A stretch of DNA of 64,000 nt. Origin: Pelomyxa schiedti. Its lineage: Eukaryota > Protista > Evosea. The position numbers and the translations under genes were made by a program. Below, piece by piece: positions 24,344 through 40,000 of the stretch. Each line of letters starts with the position of its first letter. The stretch's first letter is position 1. The DNA lies in assembly GCA_020536535.1 (NCBI GenBank), contig JAHLWZ010000842.1, forward strand, positions 17,718-81,717, given 5' to 3'. The notes beneath the pieces are model-generated. The model ran no database searches. It was not told where the DNA came from and saw only the letters and a program-made list of their open reading frames with translations.

Positions 24344-25283
24344 ATGAGCCGCGGCGGACCGCGGTGGCGCATGGGGTACACCAGCAAAGAGGTGGGGGAG
24401 ATGATGGAGGCGGTGGGGCCCTACGCTAGGCCCATGTGTGGCAGGTGGCCCAGCGCCGAGGAAAAGGGGCGCCTGGCCCTGCTGGTAGTGGACATGCAGC
24501 GGGAGTACGGGCCAATGGCCGCCGCAGTGGCCGGCAACGTGGCAGCGCTCGTGGCCGCGTGCAGGGAAAAGGGCATACGGGTGCTCTACACACAGGTGGG
24601 GCGGGGCTTCCTTCACCTTTTCTCGTTCTGCGTGGCCGTTCGCACCGCTATTGTGGGACATACTTCCTCACTTTTTTTTTTTTTTTTCAGCATGGGCATG
24701 AGGACTTGGAGGAGGACGGGGGGATGTTATATGAGTTTTGGGGTGAGTTGCCAATGAGGGGTTCAAAGGCATGGCAGTTCATACCAGAAGTGCAACCACT
24801 GCCCAGTGAACATGTTGTACACAAGGTGTGTGCATAAAAAAATAAAACAAAACATAACAAGAAGAAAAAAAAAAAAAACAAGTGACTTTCTGAGTGTGAG
24901 CAGCTACTTTGCGATTATGCTGATTGATTTGTTGCTCCCTAGAAAACGTACAGTGGCTTTCTCAACACTGATTTGGAAGAGACACTTGTATCATATGGCA
25001 CAACGACTTTGATAATTGCTGGCGTGTTAACAAACTGCTGCTGTGAGACAACTGCAAGGGACGCCTTCAATCGCGGGTATCTTTCACATTACCAACAACA
25101 AACACGAAAAATCTTTGAAACACAAATTCACACTCTCAAAGGTACCGAGTAGTGTTTGTTCCTGATGCAACTGCAACAAGTAGCAAAGATCTCCACCTGT
25201 CCACACTCAAAACACTGGCTTATGGGTTCACCTACATGGTTCCCACTGCTGAACTCCTAAGCGCTTTGCGATCCCGCTACTAA
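24344..25283 (+). CDS. Isochorismatase-family cysteine hydrolase, nicotinamidase NIC2-like
   Basis: LLVVDMQ, QHGH, GMLYEFW, KKTYSGF, GVLTNCCCETTARDAF, DATAT, LAYGF (Asp-Lys-Cys triad). Confidence 0.88.
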
Positions 25284-25452
25284 ATCTACTCTGCCTCGTA
25301 TCTGAATTTCCCTTCATTTTTCAAATTGGTTTTTAGTTCTGCGACTACGTATTTTTTCCCAGGAAGTGCGGCGTTGGCGACCGGTTTATTAATCATGTCG
25401 CTGTCGGGGCTGCCGGTTGGTGGCGAAAAAATCGAGGCATCGGATCGGCATT

Positions 25453-27943
25453 ATGGTTTATGTAAGCTGCTGGTTGGTGCAGGTGGTGTTGTGGATGTGG
25501 GTTACGGATTATGGGATGGTCAGTGGCACTTACGACCCTGGTCTCGTCGGCCGGTCGTTCGCTTATGGTGACTATGACTTTGGGCAGAACGCCACCACAT
25601 CTCTTCAGAGTGAATTATGGGAGAGCGGTAGGTCAACGTACACCTGTGGATTGGACCTGCCTCAGTTGCAAAAGATGAGCGAGATGCTGGGCGACAAAGC
25701 AAAGAACATGAAGCGGAATTCTGTTGATGATCAAGATTATGGGTATGATATTTCTTCTATCTCCCCTGTTTTAGGGCTCATACGAAAACATCTGATGTAG
25801 CAGAAGAAACAACGCAAATGGACGTGGAATTTTGGCGGCACAGGCAGAACACTTGGTCAAGCACATTAGAATTCACCCAGAATATTTGCTGAACACTTTG
25901 TCTTGCCTCGAAGTCGGACAACTTGTAGACTTGGGGTACAATTCACTGTGATAATTCTTTGGTTTCTTAGTTAACACAGGAAATATTCTGCCCAGAGTCC
26001 GTATCGCTGCAGTAATTTCTCAACAGAGGCGTGCATTATTGAATGTGAAGAAGCTGATGTTCTTTCCGAGGAATCCATTGCCTTTCTGCAGAATAATTTA
26101 TTTCCTTCCGTAAAAGGTTAAGAGGTTAAAATTGAGTCACTCCCCTAATTTCTTCATTGAAAAAAAAAAAAGATTTCCTTGAGCAGCACCTCCTTGTTGA
26201 CCCTGTTCAAGGAAATTTGGAATTGGATTCTGTTGTATGGAGTGCATTAAATGGGGTACTACACTCAGGTCACCTATTTTTTTTAACATCAACAAAAAGA
26301 GTTGTGGTGCTGTTGAAATACCTGACAGCTATGTTCAAGATCAAACAAATACTGTAGGAGTTCCAAATTCCGATCTTATTATTTTTATTACAAGTGTCCC
26401 CAACACTGAAAGTATGTTGTTATTCTCAGATGCCTTAATTGTATGAAAAGCTTATTTTTTTATACCAAGCGGTCCTTGCCTCTGCCCTTCCCTGTAATTT
26501 CCATTGGGATGGAAGTGCTTCTGATTGCTGCTTTGGTAGACCTTTAGCTGCTTCCATCAACATTAGTCCTCATTTTCTCAACAATTTATCCCTTTCACTT
26601 GCCTCTGTACCAAAGCAAGTCCTCGATACCTCTTCTACAACCATACCTCCACTCAACGAGTCGAATTGTACTTTCAATGAAGAATTCAAGAGAGCAGTGA
26701 AAGCCATTCTACATGAGATGACCCACGCTCTTGGATTTTCTCCTTTTTTTTATCCCTCTTTTCCTTCACAACCAGCTGTGGTCTATGACCGTATTGAAAA
26801 AAAAACGCCAGGTTGACCAAAACCTCCCTTTTTTTAAACTAAAAACCTTCAGCCGGCAAGCTGTTTGAAGTGCAGGTCCAGTTGCTGGTCACTCCAAATG
26901 TGATTCAATTTGCTAGGAAGCACTATGGTTGTTCTGATTTGAATGGCATGCCCCTTGAGGATTTTGGTAACCAAGACGACGGCACAATGGGGGCCCACTG
27001 GGAAGCTAATATTGCAGGGGATGAATGTGTGCCTTCTTTATTAATATGTCAATCTCATTTAGTAGATATGGTTGGGGAGTTGAATGTGGACATGCGTGTC
27101 AGTGGGCTCTCTTTTAGCCTTCTTCAGGACACTGGGTACTATACGGTTCTTTTTGAAAAGTTGGATGATTGGGAATATGGCAAAGGCCAAGGCTGTGACT
27201 TTGTAGAAGGTTTGTGCACAAGCTGGAACACAACATATCAATGCAAACACCGGTACTATTTAGCTATGTTTTTACCCTCTCACCTCTCTAGCAACTTGCA
27301 GCAATGTACACCAACGAGATTGGGAATAGGAAAATGTGATGTATTCGAGTATCAAGAGGAACTCCCTTTACAATACCAACACTTTTCCGACCCTCAGTTT
27401 GTTCTCCCACTCTTTTTTAATGCAATTTTCTCATTTTTCCCCAAAGTGAAGGTGGCTACGATGCCCTCATGGATTTTTGTCCAATTCCCTGGAACTATGA
27501 GACAGCACAAACAAGTACTGAGATATGTACTGGCTGCAGTGGCCAAATTCCTCTTGGGTCTTCACTTGGGGCAAAGCACTGTGCCTCATGTAGGTGCTTT
27601 GAATTAGGTTTGAGTGGGAACCCAGTGTGTTTGCCCACAACATGCAAGCAAGGGAAGCTGTTCATCGGCCTCAAGGTAACTAATTACAACAACACCCAAA
27701 ACAAACCAAACCAACCAACAAAAGAACATCACTGTGGAGTGCCCTACACAAGGAGGCCAGGTTACAGTGCCGGGATACCTACTTTACTGCCCTCCAGTGT
27801 GGGAATTGTGCTCGATTCCACAACGCAATATCACCCCTGTTCCAGAAACCACTGAGAACCACAGCCCCACAACACAACTCACCCTCCTGCTGCTGTTGGT
27901 AGCACTTTTGTCACATATGTTTATGCCACTCTCAAGTACCTAG
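25453..27943 (+). CDS. Leishmanolysin/GP63-like zinc metallopeptidase (M8), probably secreted and membrane/GPI-anchored
   Basis: HEMTHALGFS, PLED...GAHWE...YMVG (Met-turn), LLQDTGYY, GKGQGCDF, Cys-rich C-terminus, hydrophobic N- and C-termini. Confidence 0.9.
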
Positions 27944-28071
27944 ACTCAAAACCAGTTTACAACAACAAGTAAAAACAAATCTTTCTATCCTAAAAAGTGC
28001 TCACCACATTTCCCCCTTCGTCGTAAGAGATTTGGAAATTAAACGGTCACCGAGAAGCGTAACAACGCAAA

Positions 28072-31000
28072 ATGGCCAATGCCCTGGTGCGAGATCTGTT
28101 CGTGGGCGTAATGAGGCAGTTTTTTGTGGTCGACGAGGCTCTCAATTCGTCGCTGTCATCTGCCTCTGGTTTCTTCTTTTTTTTCATTTTCTCGACTTTC
28201 CTTCTTTCGCCTCTCGGTTTGTTTTTGCATTGCATTTGCATTTTCTCTTTGTCTATGGGCGTTTTCGTGAATCTCTGCTCTGTGCAACTGGAATTCCTTG
28301 TACTTGGTCATTGACTTCTATTGAGGGGATTTATGTTTCGAAAATATGAATGTGGCTCCATCGGCGCTGAATGCTCTTGAACTCCCTTTGTGCGTTCACA
28401 ATGGTTGGTTTCTTTTGTGATGCGAAATACCATGGATTCAATACTTGTGAAAAGGTACATTGCAGAAAATGCAGTTATTGATTCCTTGGAACAAATTATT
28501 CTTGGAACCAGTTCATGTAAAAGCCTCTGGGCTTCATGTGACTCTGGGACCTCCACCAGATGTACATTCCACACTGTTTGATGAAAACTGAACAACCAAA
28601 CATATGCCAGCTTTCTGAAAAGGAGGAACAAGAAAGATATCTTAGAGAAAAGAGGCACACATTGGACAAATTTGAGAAGAGCCTTCAGCAAGGCACAGTT
28701 TTTGTTGATAAACCAAGTTTCACTGGTTATCTACTTTTGTTCTTTCTTGATTTCACCTCTTGTCCCTGTACATACAGGCAGTTTCTTAGAAAAACTGATC
28801 GACAAACTACTCTCCAATGTTCAAATTTACATAGAAGATGTCAACATTTGTTATAAAGATACAAATGATGTAGGGTATCCTTCACACCTTCAACAATACT
28901 CTAATGTATTCAAGAACACATTATTTCTTGGGTTCTCACTGGACCATGTTGCAATTCAATCAACTGGTCCAGATTGGATTTCACACTCAAATTGCATATC
29001 TGGTCCAAAGTATAAGGTCTATGCAAACTTTTTTTCACATTGTCTGACATTGTTAGTTAGTGGACTTGACTGGATTGAGATTTTACGGCCCTCCTCAAGT
29101 ATAACAAAAGTCAGTAGTAACACTAATAGTTGCAGAATGCAGATGGCTCTAGTTTTGCATATTTTAATGAACCCTTATCCACTCAACTTAAGGTTTTTGC
29201 TCTTTTCCATTTCACAAATGAGAACTCCTTTCAGGTGGTATGGAATACAGTTTCTACAAGGAGCACACCAAAAATTTCCTTGCAGTCATCTTGTGATGAG
29301 GTTTCCACTTCCGTTATTCAACTTGTAACAATTCTCTAAAAGATCACTGTATGTGTTGGTCACACACAATGGATTTCTATAACCAAATTGATCCAAAAAT
29401 TTACCCACTACCCATGTAAACAAGTATTCACACTTTCTATAACTATTTCTAATATCTTCTTTAGTTTGCAGCTCAAAAACCTAAGGTGAGCCCAAAGGAG
29501 GATCCAAAAGCGTGGTGGAAGTATGCTGGTACTATTCCTTTCCCTTTGAAATTATGCCCTGAAATTCCTCCAGGTAATTATGTACTCAATGAATATCGGA
29601 AACAACATTGGCACCTCTCCTGGGCAACTTTAGCAGAGAGACGAGATACCAGAAAAGAGTATATTCACTTATACAAAAAGAGTAAACTCCATGGGGGAGT
29701 ATGTAACCATTTCTAAATAAGGAGCCTAATGTTTTTGCAGCAATCTTCCTTATCAGAAGAGGAAAAAACCCACTTGGCTGCACTTGATGAAAGACTTGAT
29801 ATCAGTGACATCATCTTGTAGCCAGCTATACTAAAAGCTTTTATTAACAGAAGACTTAGGTATCGATCAATTGTTATGTCAGAAATAGTGGCCTCACATA
29901 TTGGAGTTCACTCTCCCTCACAATCAAGGACACCTGGATTACTTGATGCACTTTGTTTACCAAAGGTTTAGCCCTTAGTGAAGGAACATAAATTGAAATC
30001 AACGATATAGTTTCTGAGTTCAAAACTGGTTGGTGGAAACCTTGAAGCAACCCTTACCTCAGAAGCTCTCGAAAATATATGTACAGAGTTTGGATATCAA
30101 CATACAAAGACCATGACTGAAGTGGCACAAGAGCATTTTTTCCCCCATTGTTCACTCATGTTATAGATGTACTTTGGATTAAAACTTCAAATCAAGCAGA
30201 TTACTCTCTCCTTGAGAGATGGTGGAGCCAACATTGTTCAGAGTAAAATATCTGGTTTTGATTTTTCAGTTCTCTCTTCATGCAAAAAAATATTCTCTGT
30301 GGGTACCTCATGTGTTTGCATTATTGATTGATGTCTCCACCCAAAGATGTCTCTGTGTATTGAGAGTGGAGAGATTATGGATAGCTCTACTACAGACCCT
30401 ATGTTTAGGCACATTGTAAAATCTATTTCTCTTTTCATACCTTAATTGTGTGTAGTTTTCATCTTCAACATCCACAAGACCACTTCTGCTCCTTGATTTT
30501 GAAAGAGCGGAAGAAAATAGTAATCAATTTCAAATGAGTTTGAACATTCAAAAAGAATTCGAAGTTTGCTTACCTTTCCCATTCCTGCAGAAAATTGGTT
30601 AGTATAAATTCCTCTTATCCTTTGTTTCTTACATCAAAATAGTGACCTTTTTCCCTCTCCCTTATTCACTCTGTTGCGCCAAAGGGGCACTTACAAATGT
30701 GAAGTCTATGCTTGGATTGAACTCAACATCTCCACTAGTTACACAAGTTTTTCAGATTACAACAGTGGTATGGCTGCTTGATACTTGTCCCCCTCTTTAC
30801 CTGCCCTCAGGGTGCATCCCTCACAATCCCACTGGGCCCAAATCACCCAGATACAGTTTTTCTTGTACTATCCATTGATTCATTTACTATGCATCCACAA
30901 AATCCTGGGTCAATAGAAATCTTTTCTTGTGGAGATCTAACCTTACAAAAAGATATCAGCTCGCCATTGGGGGTATCACTGCTTACTTACAAGGGATTAA

Positions 31001-34000
31001 AACAGAGCAACAATATGTACTGTACCCATTTGGTGCTACATCCTCTTTGATACCATGCTTAGAAAGTTATTCAACCTTTTGGATTTGATGTGTCAATTAC
31101 CACAGACATTTCTGACAAAACATTGCCCAAGATTGTGTATGCATAAAATATTGTTAGAAAAGCCCAAACCATGTACCAGGGTAAAGGCAGGAATACCCCA
31201 TATGAATATCCTTGTTGCAAGCGAAACACTTGTACACATAAAGCTGCTGAAATCAAAACTGAGTGATTTCATTTCTTTAGTTACAGGGCAGGTGAATCCC
31301 TTAAAACTCCCTGTCAACTTCCAGTCTTCTGAAAGGCCGATAATAGACTTTTTCCACACAGAAACTGATCTCATGTAAGTTCCCATTTAGTCAGCTCTTG
31401 GAAACCCATCAGTAGAGCCAAGCTGGTTGCAAATCTTTCTTGTGAGCTCATCTCTCTGACAGTATCTGAACATGGCACCCCACTTGCAAAAGTTTGTATG
31501 GGATTTCGATCATTTTTTAACTTGAATGGCAGATCTTTTTTTACAATCTTGGCACACAGCTTGAAACAAATACACACTTCAGTTTCTGTCACCTGTTGAT
31601 AAAATTATCAAATATTGATGCTGTTGACTGCACCGCAGAATCGAAAGGATTGAAGAATCCTTTTATTATAACAACAGCCCCTCCAGTCCCCATGGAACCT
31701 TTCCTTACCATAGAGGTCATTCCTAAGGTTTAATTCTTTTTCCCTAAAAGCTAGAAATCCGAATTAAACATAATGATACAAGTTACAGACAGATGCAACC
31801 CATATGAAGGCACTCATACATCCACTTTTATTTAGAATCAACCCAGAGAACTTTTCTTCACTGATCTCAATGTTCACAAAAATGTGAGCCCTTTTTTTCC
31901 TTCCTCCAAGTGAAAAGTTATTTGCCTCAGGTGGTTATCGGGACTGTCAAATATAACTGGTTCCTTCCTTATGTACCTGCTGGGACCTAAGCTTCAAGTA
32001 CTAAGTTAATTCATTGCTTCACCATTTTCATATTTGTAGATTGATGCTACAGTGACCCGACTGGGTGTGATTGTCAATAATAAGCTGGATAAGGACCTTG
32101 AATTCTCTTTAGAGTGCACTGTCCTTCAAATACGGAAAAATCGAGACTCACTCATGCTGCAAGTATTGAAATTCAAATGCTCATTTTCATTCACTCTAAC
32201 TAAAAGAAAAGGGTACAACCCAGTGCTTGTCTTTGTTGGATTACCAGTCTTTAGAGGAGCCTCCAGTATCAGTACTAATGTATGGGAATGGAGATTTCCT
32301 CGCTAATTCACAGTAGAATTATGGAAGAACCTGTCATAGTTTGGAGTCTCCAATTTCATCCTCATGAAAAACCTATTTTTGATATCAAACCCAATTATTA
32401 AATTACAATTACTGACAAAACGTGTAATACTCTCCTTAACTATCAAAATGCCAATCTTCAGCGTGTAAGACTTTTTGCTGGGCTACCATTCATAAACAAA
32501 ATCCTGTAAATGGCGTTCCCTACCTAAAACCAATTCACCATGCAACAGCCACATTATAACTACTGGTCCATTGATTCAGCAGTATATTAGCGGAAAGCAG
32601 ATTTCAAAAACCACTGGGACTGTAGAACCCAAAGACAACAAACCAAAATTCAGTTATTCCTCCGATTCCTCATTTATGTAGCTAATCCCTTTAAAACAAG
32701 GCGCTCATGTGACAGTGCAAGCTCCAGAAATCATCATTCCCAAGTACACAGGTTCAAAGGATAGCCTGATTATTGAACTGGGAACACTTTCACTTACCAA
32801 TAGTCTGACTCCAACATTTCATAAACTTTCTGCCTCTGTTGAGCACATGTCGATGAGAACGATAATACATAATTCTCCTGCATCTGTCATAGAGGGACTT
32901 CACTTTACTCTTACCATTGAGACAAGAGGTCAGTCTGACGCTGATAATCCTTTCAAAAAGGTGCAAAGACTTCCATTCTTACTCAAGGTTAACATGGATA
33001 GATTGTTGTCGTTCTATCTCCAATTTACTGCCACGTATCTGAAGTACAGTATCTCTTCTTTGTGAGTCAATGGACTCCCATGCTACAAGGACTTAAAAAG
33101 TTTCTCTTGAGCAATACTGATATGGCACGAATTGTAACTGCAGCTTTGTCTCAAGCGAATTCAGGCACCCACAAAGGTTGAGAGTGTAATAAAAGTGAAC
33201 AAACTGATTCCTTTAGACTATGGTGAAAACTTCAATCTGGCAGAATTCCAGCAAATGGAGAAAGGAAATGTTGAGTTTCAGTTGAATCTTGATGTGCCAA
33301 AAATAAGCTTTGCTCTGTTGCGCAGGAATGGATCAAGGTAACACCACTTGCCATACAAATTTTCTGAGAATTGTATCAGTAAAGCCTCTGATTTGCTGGC
33401 AACCTATGAGATTATTAATATGTCAATGAAGGTGTCTAAAACTGTAGAGCACTTTATATGCGTAAGCCGAAGTCGTTGTAGTAAAGACCTGATTAGCCCA
33501 GGTTGGTGCTGTAATTCAAGCAATACAGTTCAGTGATTCTCGGGAAGATTCGCACTGTGCACTACAAGTATTCTCACAGTTCCTTGTGGTATCACTAATT
33601 TTATGATTACAGGACTATTTCTCTTGTCAGAATGAAACAAGTGCCCTTACAGTAGAATTCATACAGGAACTGAAGACTGGTGTACGTGCATGCTCAATTT
33701 TACTTGATTCCCCCACATTTGTTGTTCTACCTTCAATGCTTTCAGAAGTCAAGGTACATTCAATTCTGGAACGGAGAGAAATTCATTATGCACACCAGGC
33801 TTTTGCATCTAAAGCTCATCTGATTAAAAACCAAATCCTTTCGGAACCAGAACGGACACTCGATTCCCCCAAATTAACCTCAGAGGCGACTGACCCAAGT
33901 CTGATCCCTGGCTTTTTCCAATTTCTCAATTTCCTTCACTTCAGATCCATTTCCTGCAATCTATTTTATGTTTACAGTTAACAACCTGGAAGTCATTTTC

Positions 34001-37000
34001 CTACAGGATGAAACTAACTGCGACTCGCAATGCATCAGTTTCCATGCATCTGCCATTATCAAAGTACCCCTTTTCATTGCCTTACTAATAAAACCAATGC
34101 TCCAACCAAAAGACTTGTGGTGATTTAAGACATATCTTGAAAACATTTGACATGCAAATCAACCAGGCTGATATGGTTGTATTCAGACTTTTTGCAGGCA
34201 AAAGAGTACCTGCCAGACCCATGCATCAGAAAATATCTCACCTGCTATATAACAGGAAGCAAAATCCAGGACAAGCAATGTGTTGAAACCAGTGGATTGT
34301 CATGTTAAGTATACTCGCACACCAGCCATAAATGAGGGACTTGTGAGTCTTGAACCTGTTGAACTTTACTTTTCATACATGGATCTTGTGCTTATGACCC
34401 AAGTGTTCGAATCTCTACAGAGCACAGTTTTTCCAACCTATCGAAAACCAATCAAAGCTGTACAATCTGCAATGAGGTCATACCACCTCCAAACTCACTC
34501 AACTACAAGCAGAGAGGTAAAACAAAGAAAACAAACCTGGGAAAAATTAAAAAAAAAAGTTCACAGTTAAGTGCGTGTACTGCTGCTTGACAATCATCAA
34601 TGACTTCAAAGGAAGAGATACCCCCCTGTTTGAGCTTAGAGCAAACAATGTTCTATCCCGCGTCACTGACTGGGACACCTATGTAAGACTTTATAAAATC
34701 AATCATGTTTGATGGGCCCTTTATTCCTTTTAGCCACAATTTTCGTCAGAACTACTTCTTGCAATTGACTTTTTCAACAACAACTTGATGTGCTATGAAC
34801 CCTTTGTGGAGCACTACTTTTTCAAATTTAAGGTCACATGCCTCTGACCCCCTGACCCCATTAATAATTTCTAGTTTGGTAGGACCCCACAGTGTAAATT
34901 GATGTGCCTGATCGAGAGTCCTGAAGTTCTCAATATTAATTTTTCTCAAGCAATGGTCAGTATTTTCGTGTCCACTATCTTTACTCTGGTTGAGGATTAC
35001 TACAACAGATTATTTTCAGCTCAATGTAGCTCTTCACTTCAGTTTCTCAAATAAGAATCAAAACAGATTCAGAAGTGGCAACGACTTCGTCAAATTTTCA
35101 TCCATTGAATATTTTGAACAAAACTGGGGTGTCCTGCTCATATTTCGCTCCTCACAGTGATGATGTAGAGAGCCCACCAGAGCTTGTTCTAACTCAAGAT
35201 AAAATACTACCTCTTTCGCAGTGCGGGACTTCTATGAAGGTTAATCCCCTTGAAAAGTAATTGCAAAAAAAAGGTAATTCTAGAACATTTCTCCCTTGTA
35301 GGCAGGTAGAAACTTAATCACTGGTTATCAATTGGCCACAGTGGTGGTTGGTGCATTCACACAGAAGGAAATCAACATAGATCGACTTGGCATTGAAGGG
35401 AGACCTCTCCCTGATAGCTCATGGTTAATTTCAGAGGTATACAATCACATTTGACACCTAAGATAAAATCTGGCACAAGGTTAAGTGGACTGATGATGGA
35501 AGCAAATTACTTGTTCTTAGATCTTCGGTGATGCTCAGAAACTGTACCACAATGGAGATTGCAGTGTGCCTGCGTAACACTACAGGAAAATCAGAGCTTA
35601 TCCTGGGTTAGTTCTATTGCTTTCCAGCTGTACAAGGCCACAACTGACTATTTCACAGCACCTGATGAAGAGTCTCCAATCCCTTTGCAATTCTCTTCAA
35701 GAGGGTTAGTTTCTGCACGTAATTCTGCCAAATTCCGTTATTTCGAACCTCAATTGAAGATTGAATCTCTCAAGCCTCACAATGTAAGATAAGCATATTA
35801 ATTCTCCTTACCTTTTTGCAGGGTGTCCACTGTTCAATTTGCAGTGACGCCTCACTATCTAATCAGTACTTGGTCGTGATTGTTGAACAAGAAGAGAAAA
35901 TAAGGTAAAGTCAAAGGAGATAGACCCATTTATTCTTACATTTACACAGTAAAGGACTACTGCCTTTTTATTTGTCCACGATAACTTTCTATGCTCCTAT
36001 CACTATTGTAAATGCGCTACCCTATCCTTTTAGTGTCGCTGGGGTGTGTCCCTTTTTCTCAGTACTTCCGTTTAATTGTGTTCAGCCAGAGGATTCGGGT
36101 TTATGTTTCACTGTGGAGAGTGACAGCTGTAAGCCTATTTTTGACCATAATGTCAACTACAACTTAGTTTTACGTATCTCAGGATTGCCAGGTCAATTTT
36201 AATCCTTTACTTACGTTGTTTCAACTCAATCAAGGTTTCAAGGAGACCAAATTAAAATTGAAAACCAGGCAATGTTCCATAAACCATACTGAAAAACTAC
36301 TTTTCTGTGACAAGTTTGACCAAAAGATGCCCATTTTCATTGATGTCAAGTATCTTTCTCATTTTTGGTGGAACTCTTTTCTAACAACACTGCTCAGTTG
36401 TGATAAAGGACTTGTTCTAACTTTCTATTCACCATGTTGGATTATAAACAACAGTGAATTGCCAATATGGTGTCAGCCCGTACCTTGTCGCTCTGGTCTT
36501 TGTGCACCCGGTCAAGGTATCATACCATTTCAAATATATTTCTTGCCTAATTTCCACAGTGAGCGCATTATCCACATCTCCATTGCTATATTCTGAAAAG
36601 AAATTAGCTCTGAGGCTTGTCTAATTCCATAGCCACATCCATTAACTTGTTCATAGGACCCAAGATGGATTGCACTGGTCCAAAGTTTGTAACAAAGACT
36701 AACAGCAGCGATCAAAATAATCCTACCATTTTCTTCCAAGGGTTTTTCTGTTGAATCTCTGGGTGTTGGAGGGGTCGTGCAAATCCTTGGCCATGTTGGG
36801 CATGCATATACTCTCAAAGTCACAGTTCAACCTGGATTGGGATCGGTTCGTCTTTCCAAAGTGTTTGCTGCACTCACAATTTCCTTCAGTTCTACAGAAC
36901 AAAGATAGTCACTTTATTTTCACAGTTTATGCTTAGTAATGCTATGGCTTTGCCTCTACTTTGGTCGCAACCATGCACCCATGGAAACACTCATACTGGT

Positions 37001-40000
37001 GTAATACTTCCAGGAGAGAAGCAACCGTTCCACTTTATGCAAACAGGACCCAAAGTTTTGTCTATTAAAGCTGACGCCCGCAATACCCTTTGGTTTCTTC
37101 CTCCACTTCTTATCCTCTAGTTAAGAGCTTAGGTCTGGAGTGTTCTCTATATCACATGTAGGAGAGTTTTCCGTGAAATGCCGATCTGAAAAGAGCACAG
37201 GTACACGTTCGAAATCCACCATTCTACATTGACCAGAGCTTTGTAAAGCCGAAGACTACTATATACATGTTGAAGTGAATGACGACTCTGAGTGCACAAG
37301 TGTTTTACTTTCAGAGCAGAACCCAGAAACTCCTAATTTTGTCATTGAAAATGATACTTCATTGGATCTGGATTTTCAACAAAAAGTTACTTTTCAATCA
37401 CCTACCTTCTCGGCTCTTACTTTTAAACCAGAAAACCACTGTTGATCCCCTACATCTTCCAACCAAAACTGCCGCGATGTATGTATGGGATGAACCTCTT
37501 GGTGATATGAATCTCTTAGTCTCATGTGAGGCAGTGAAATCACCCCTTTCTTTTAATATACAGAAAATCAAAGCGTTTGATGTAGTCAATATCAAGGTTT
37601 TTTCCACTTTCACAGCCACTTCTAACTTCAATCAGGGTATTGCTCCAATTTACCCATTTGTCAAGATGGAAGGTGTCACCAGAGTTTTTGTTTTAACACA
37701 CACAAATGCTCGGTACAATAGTGATACTGCCGACGAACCAAAAAAGGTACATCGTTCTGTCACATATTTGACTGAAATTCCTAATAGACTGGTGAAGTGC
37801 GTAACTTTACTATTTCCGTCCAATTGGCAGGTTTGGGGATATCAGTGATTTCTAAAACTCCGAAGGTACTCTTCAAATTACTAGGGTCCATCTGATTTTT
37901 TTTTGCAGGAAATATTATTTTGCAGTTTGAGTCGAATTCATTGTGCTGTGGAAGCACTGCCTAGAGAATTTGAGTTTGAACTGCAAGTGGCGGCACTCCA
38001 GGTTTCAAATTAAATTTATTTTTCCTTTGTTTTCCCAACAAATGAAGGTGGATAATCAAGATCCTGAGGCAGAATTCCCAGTGGTACTCAGATCTATTCT
38101 TCGAGATCAGAAAAAACCGGCAGTTCATGTCAGTTTTGTGAAGTCAACTCAATATCATATCCTTGCACTAAGTTAATTCTAACACAAGTTGCACAAACAT
38201 ATCCTTAACTTTATGGAAGCAAAATTGACTATTTCAGCTACTTCTCCATTTTATTACAAGAAATGGAGTTAAATATTGAGACACACTTCATTGATTCTAT
38301 CCTTCAATTCTACCAGTCGTTACCCTTTCAAGATATAAGAGGAATTTCACCACAACAGTACATTTCCAAATTTCTGACTTGATAAATAACTTCGCTAAGG
38401 TCTTCATTTTTGACTGCCCCTAAAATGATTTATTTTAAGCTTTTATTTCTGCAGCCTATCAAAGTGTATCTAACGTTGTCCTGGTCCTCTGATACGCACT
38501 TAGGAATCAAGTAAACATTATGGGCCAAGTGGGCAACTAATAATTTTTTATAGAAACAATCCTCTCATTGCCGTTTTTCAAACTGTGAGTAGTGCTGTGG
38601 CTAATGTTGACCATGCACCAGTGTGCCTCAACGCCCTTCTGCTAGATCACCCTTTCTGTCGTCGGAATAGACTTTACAGTCTCATTCGGACACATTATAC
38701 ACGTCAACTTTTAGCTGAGTTTTATAAGATAATTGGCTCCTCCGATTTACTTGGTAATCCTGTAGGCCTATTTACTAATCTTTCCACTGGTTTGTCTTGA
38801 AATATTTATTCTTCCATATCCACTTGTTTTAGGGGTAATGGACTTCTTTTATGAACCAGCTCAAGGTCTTGTTACTTCTCCTCAGGCCTTTGGTGTAGGA
38901 TTAGCCAAGGTTTAATGTATGTTTGTATTGCAACCACTAAGTATTTTTTTTAGGGGTCCAAAAGTTTGGTAAAAAATACCGTCTATGGCCTTTTCAACTC
39001 CCTCAGCAAGGTGACGGGTGCTCTTGGAAAAGGTGCTACCCCCTCTTTTGCAAGCAAGAGCGCTTACAACTGTAGGTGTGGCCGCATTATCAATGGATGA
39101 TGACTATCTTGCCAAAAGGAGAGTCAACAGAAAGAAAAAGCCGAAAAATATTGGGGATGGTACCGTTCAAGGTATTTTCATTTCCATAAAAAAAGCGCTT
39201 CATATTTCAAAGGTGTCAAACAACTTGGCTCTGGAGTCCTTCTTGGTATTACTGGAGTTGTGGTGAGGAGAACTTACTTGGTTTCCCTTTTCCAACCATA
39301 ATGTAAACCAGAACAAACCGGTGGCTGGAGCGGCAAAAGGTGGTGCAATTGGTTTTGCCAAAGGTGTTGGCCAAGGGATTGTAGGGTACATAATTTTTGC
39401 AATCCTAACTTCGCCTTAATTGACTTTTTAGAGTGGCTGTGAAGCCTGTTGCTGGAATCTTCGATCTTGCTTCTCAGGTACATAAGCTGGCGATTCTTCT
39501 TTATACTATTATGCTAAGTGTATTGTTCCTTTTATAGACCACGGCAGGAATAGGCAACACAGCACTGCTTCTTGACAAGAAAGTTCACGAGGGACGTATT
39601 CGCAAATTTCCACGTCTCTTTGGTCCCAACGGGCAACTCCTGGTTGATATACTTCACACAATAAAACTCTAAAATGATACGTTTTATCAGGAATATCACG
39701 AAATTGAAGCAGAAGGTGCTGCACTGCTGCTTCAAACCAAATTTTCGAATACTGACACGTACGTGCACCACACAATTGTGAGCAAGGCTCGAATGGTGTT
39801 ACTCACAAGCAACCGGCTTCTCGTACTAAGTGTTCCATCCCATAGTGTCTTGGAGCAGATACCCTACACTGGTTATTCTATTGTTGAAATAAGTTCAAAG
39901 CCTAATGTTTTCGCAGATGTTGCCCAGTGGGACCTGGTAGAGGGAGGCATTAAAGTATTCCTCAAGAAAGGAGAGACGATAATCCTTGCTGCTACAGACC

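Noticed and set aside
29087-29135. Possible GG-AG intron in VPS13
   Set aside because: A canonical GT donor at 29099 with AG at 29129 or 29135 keeps the frame.
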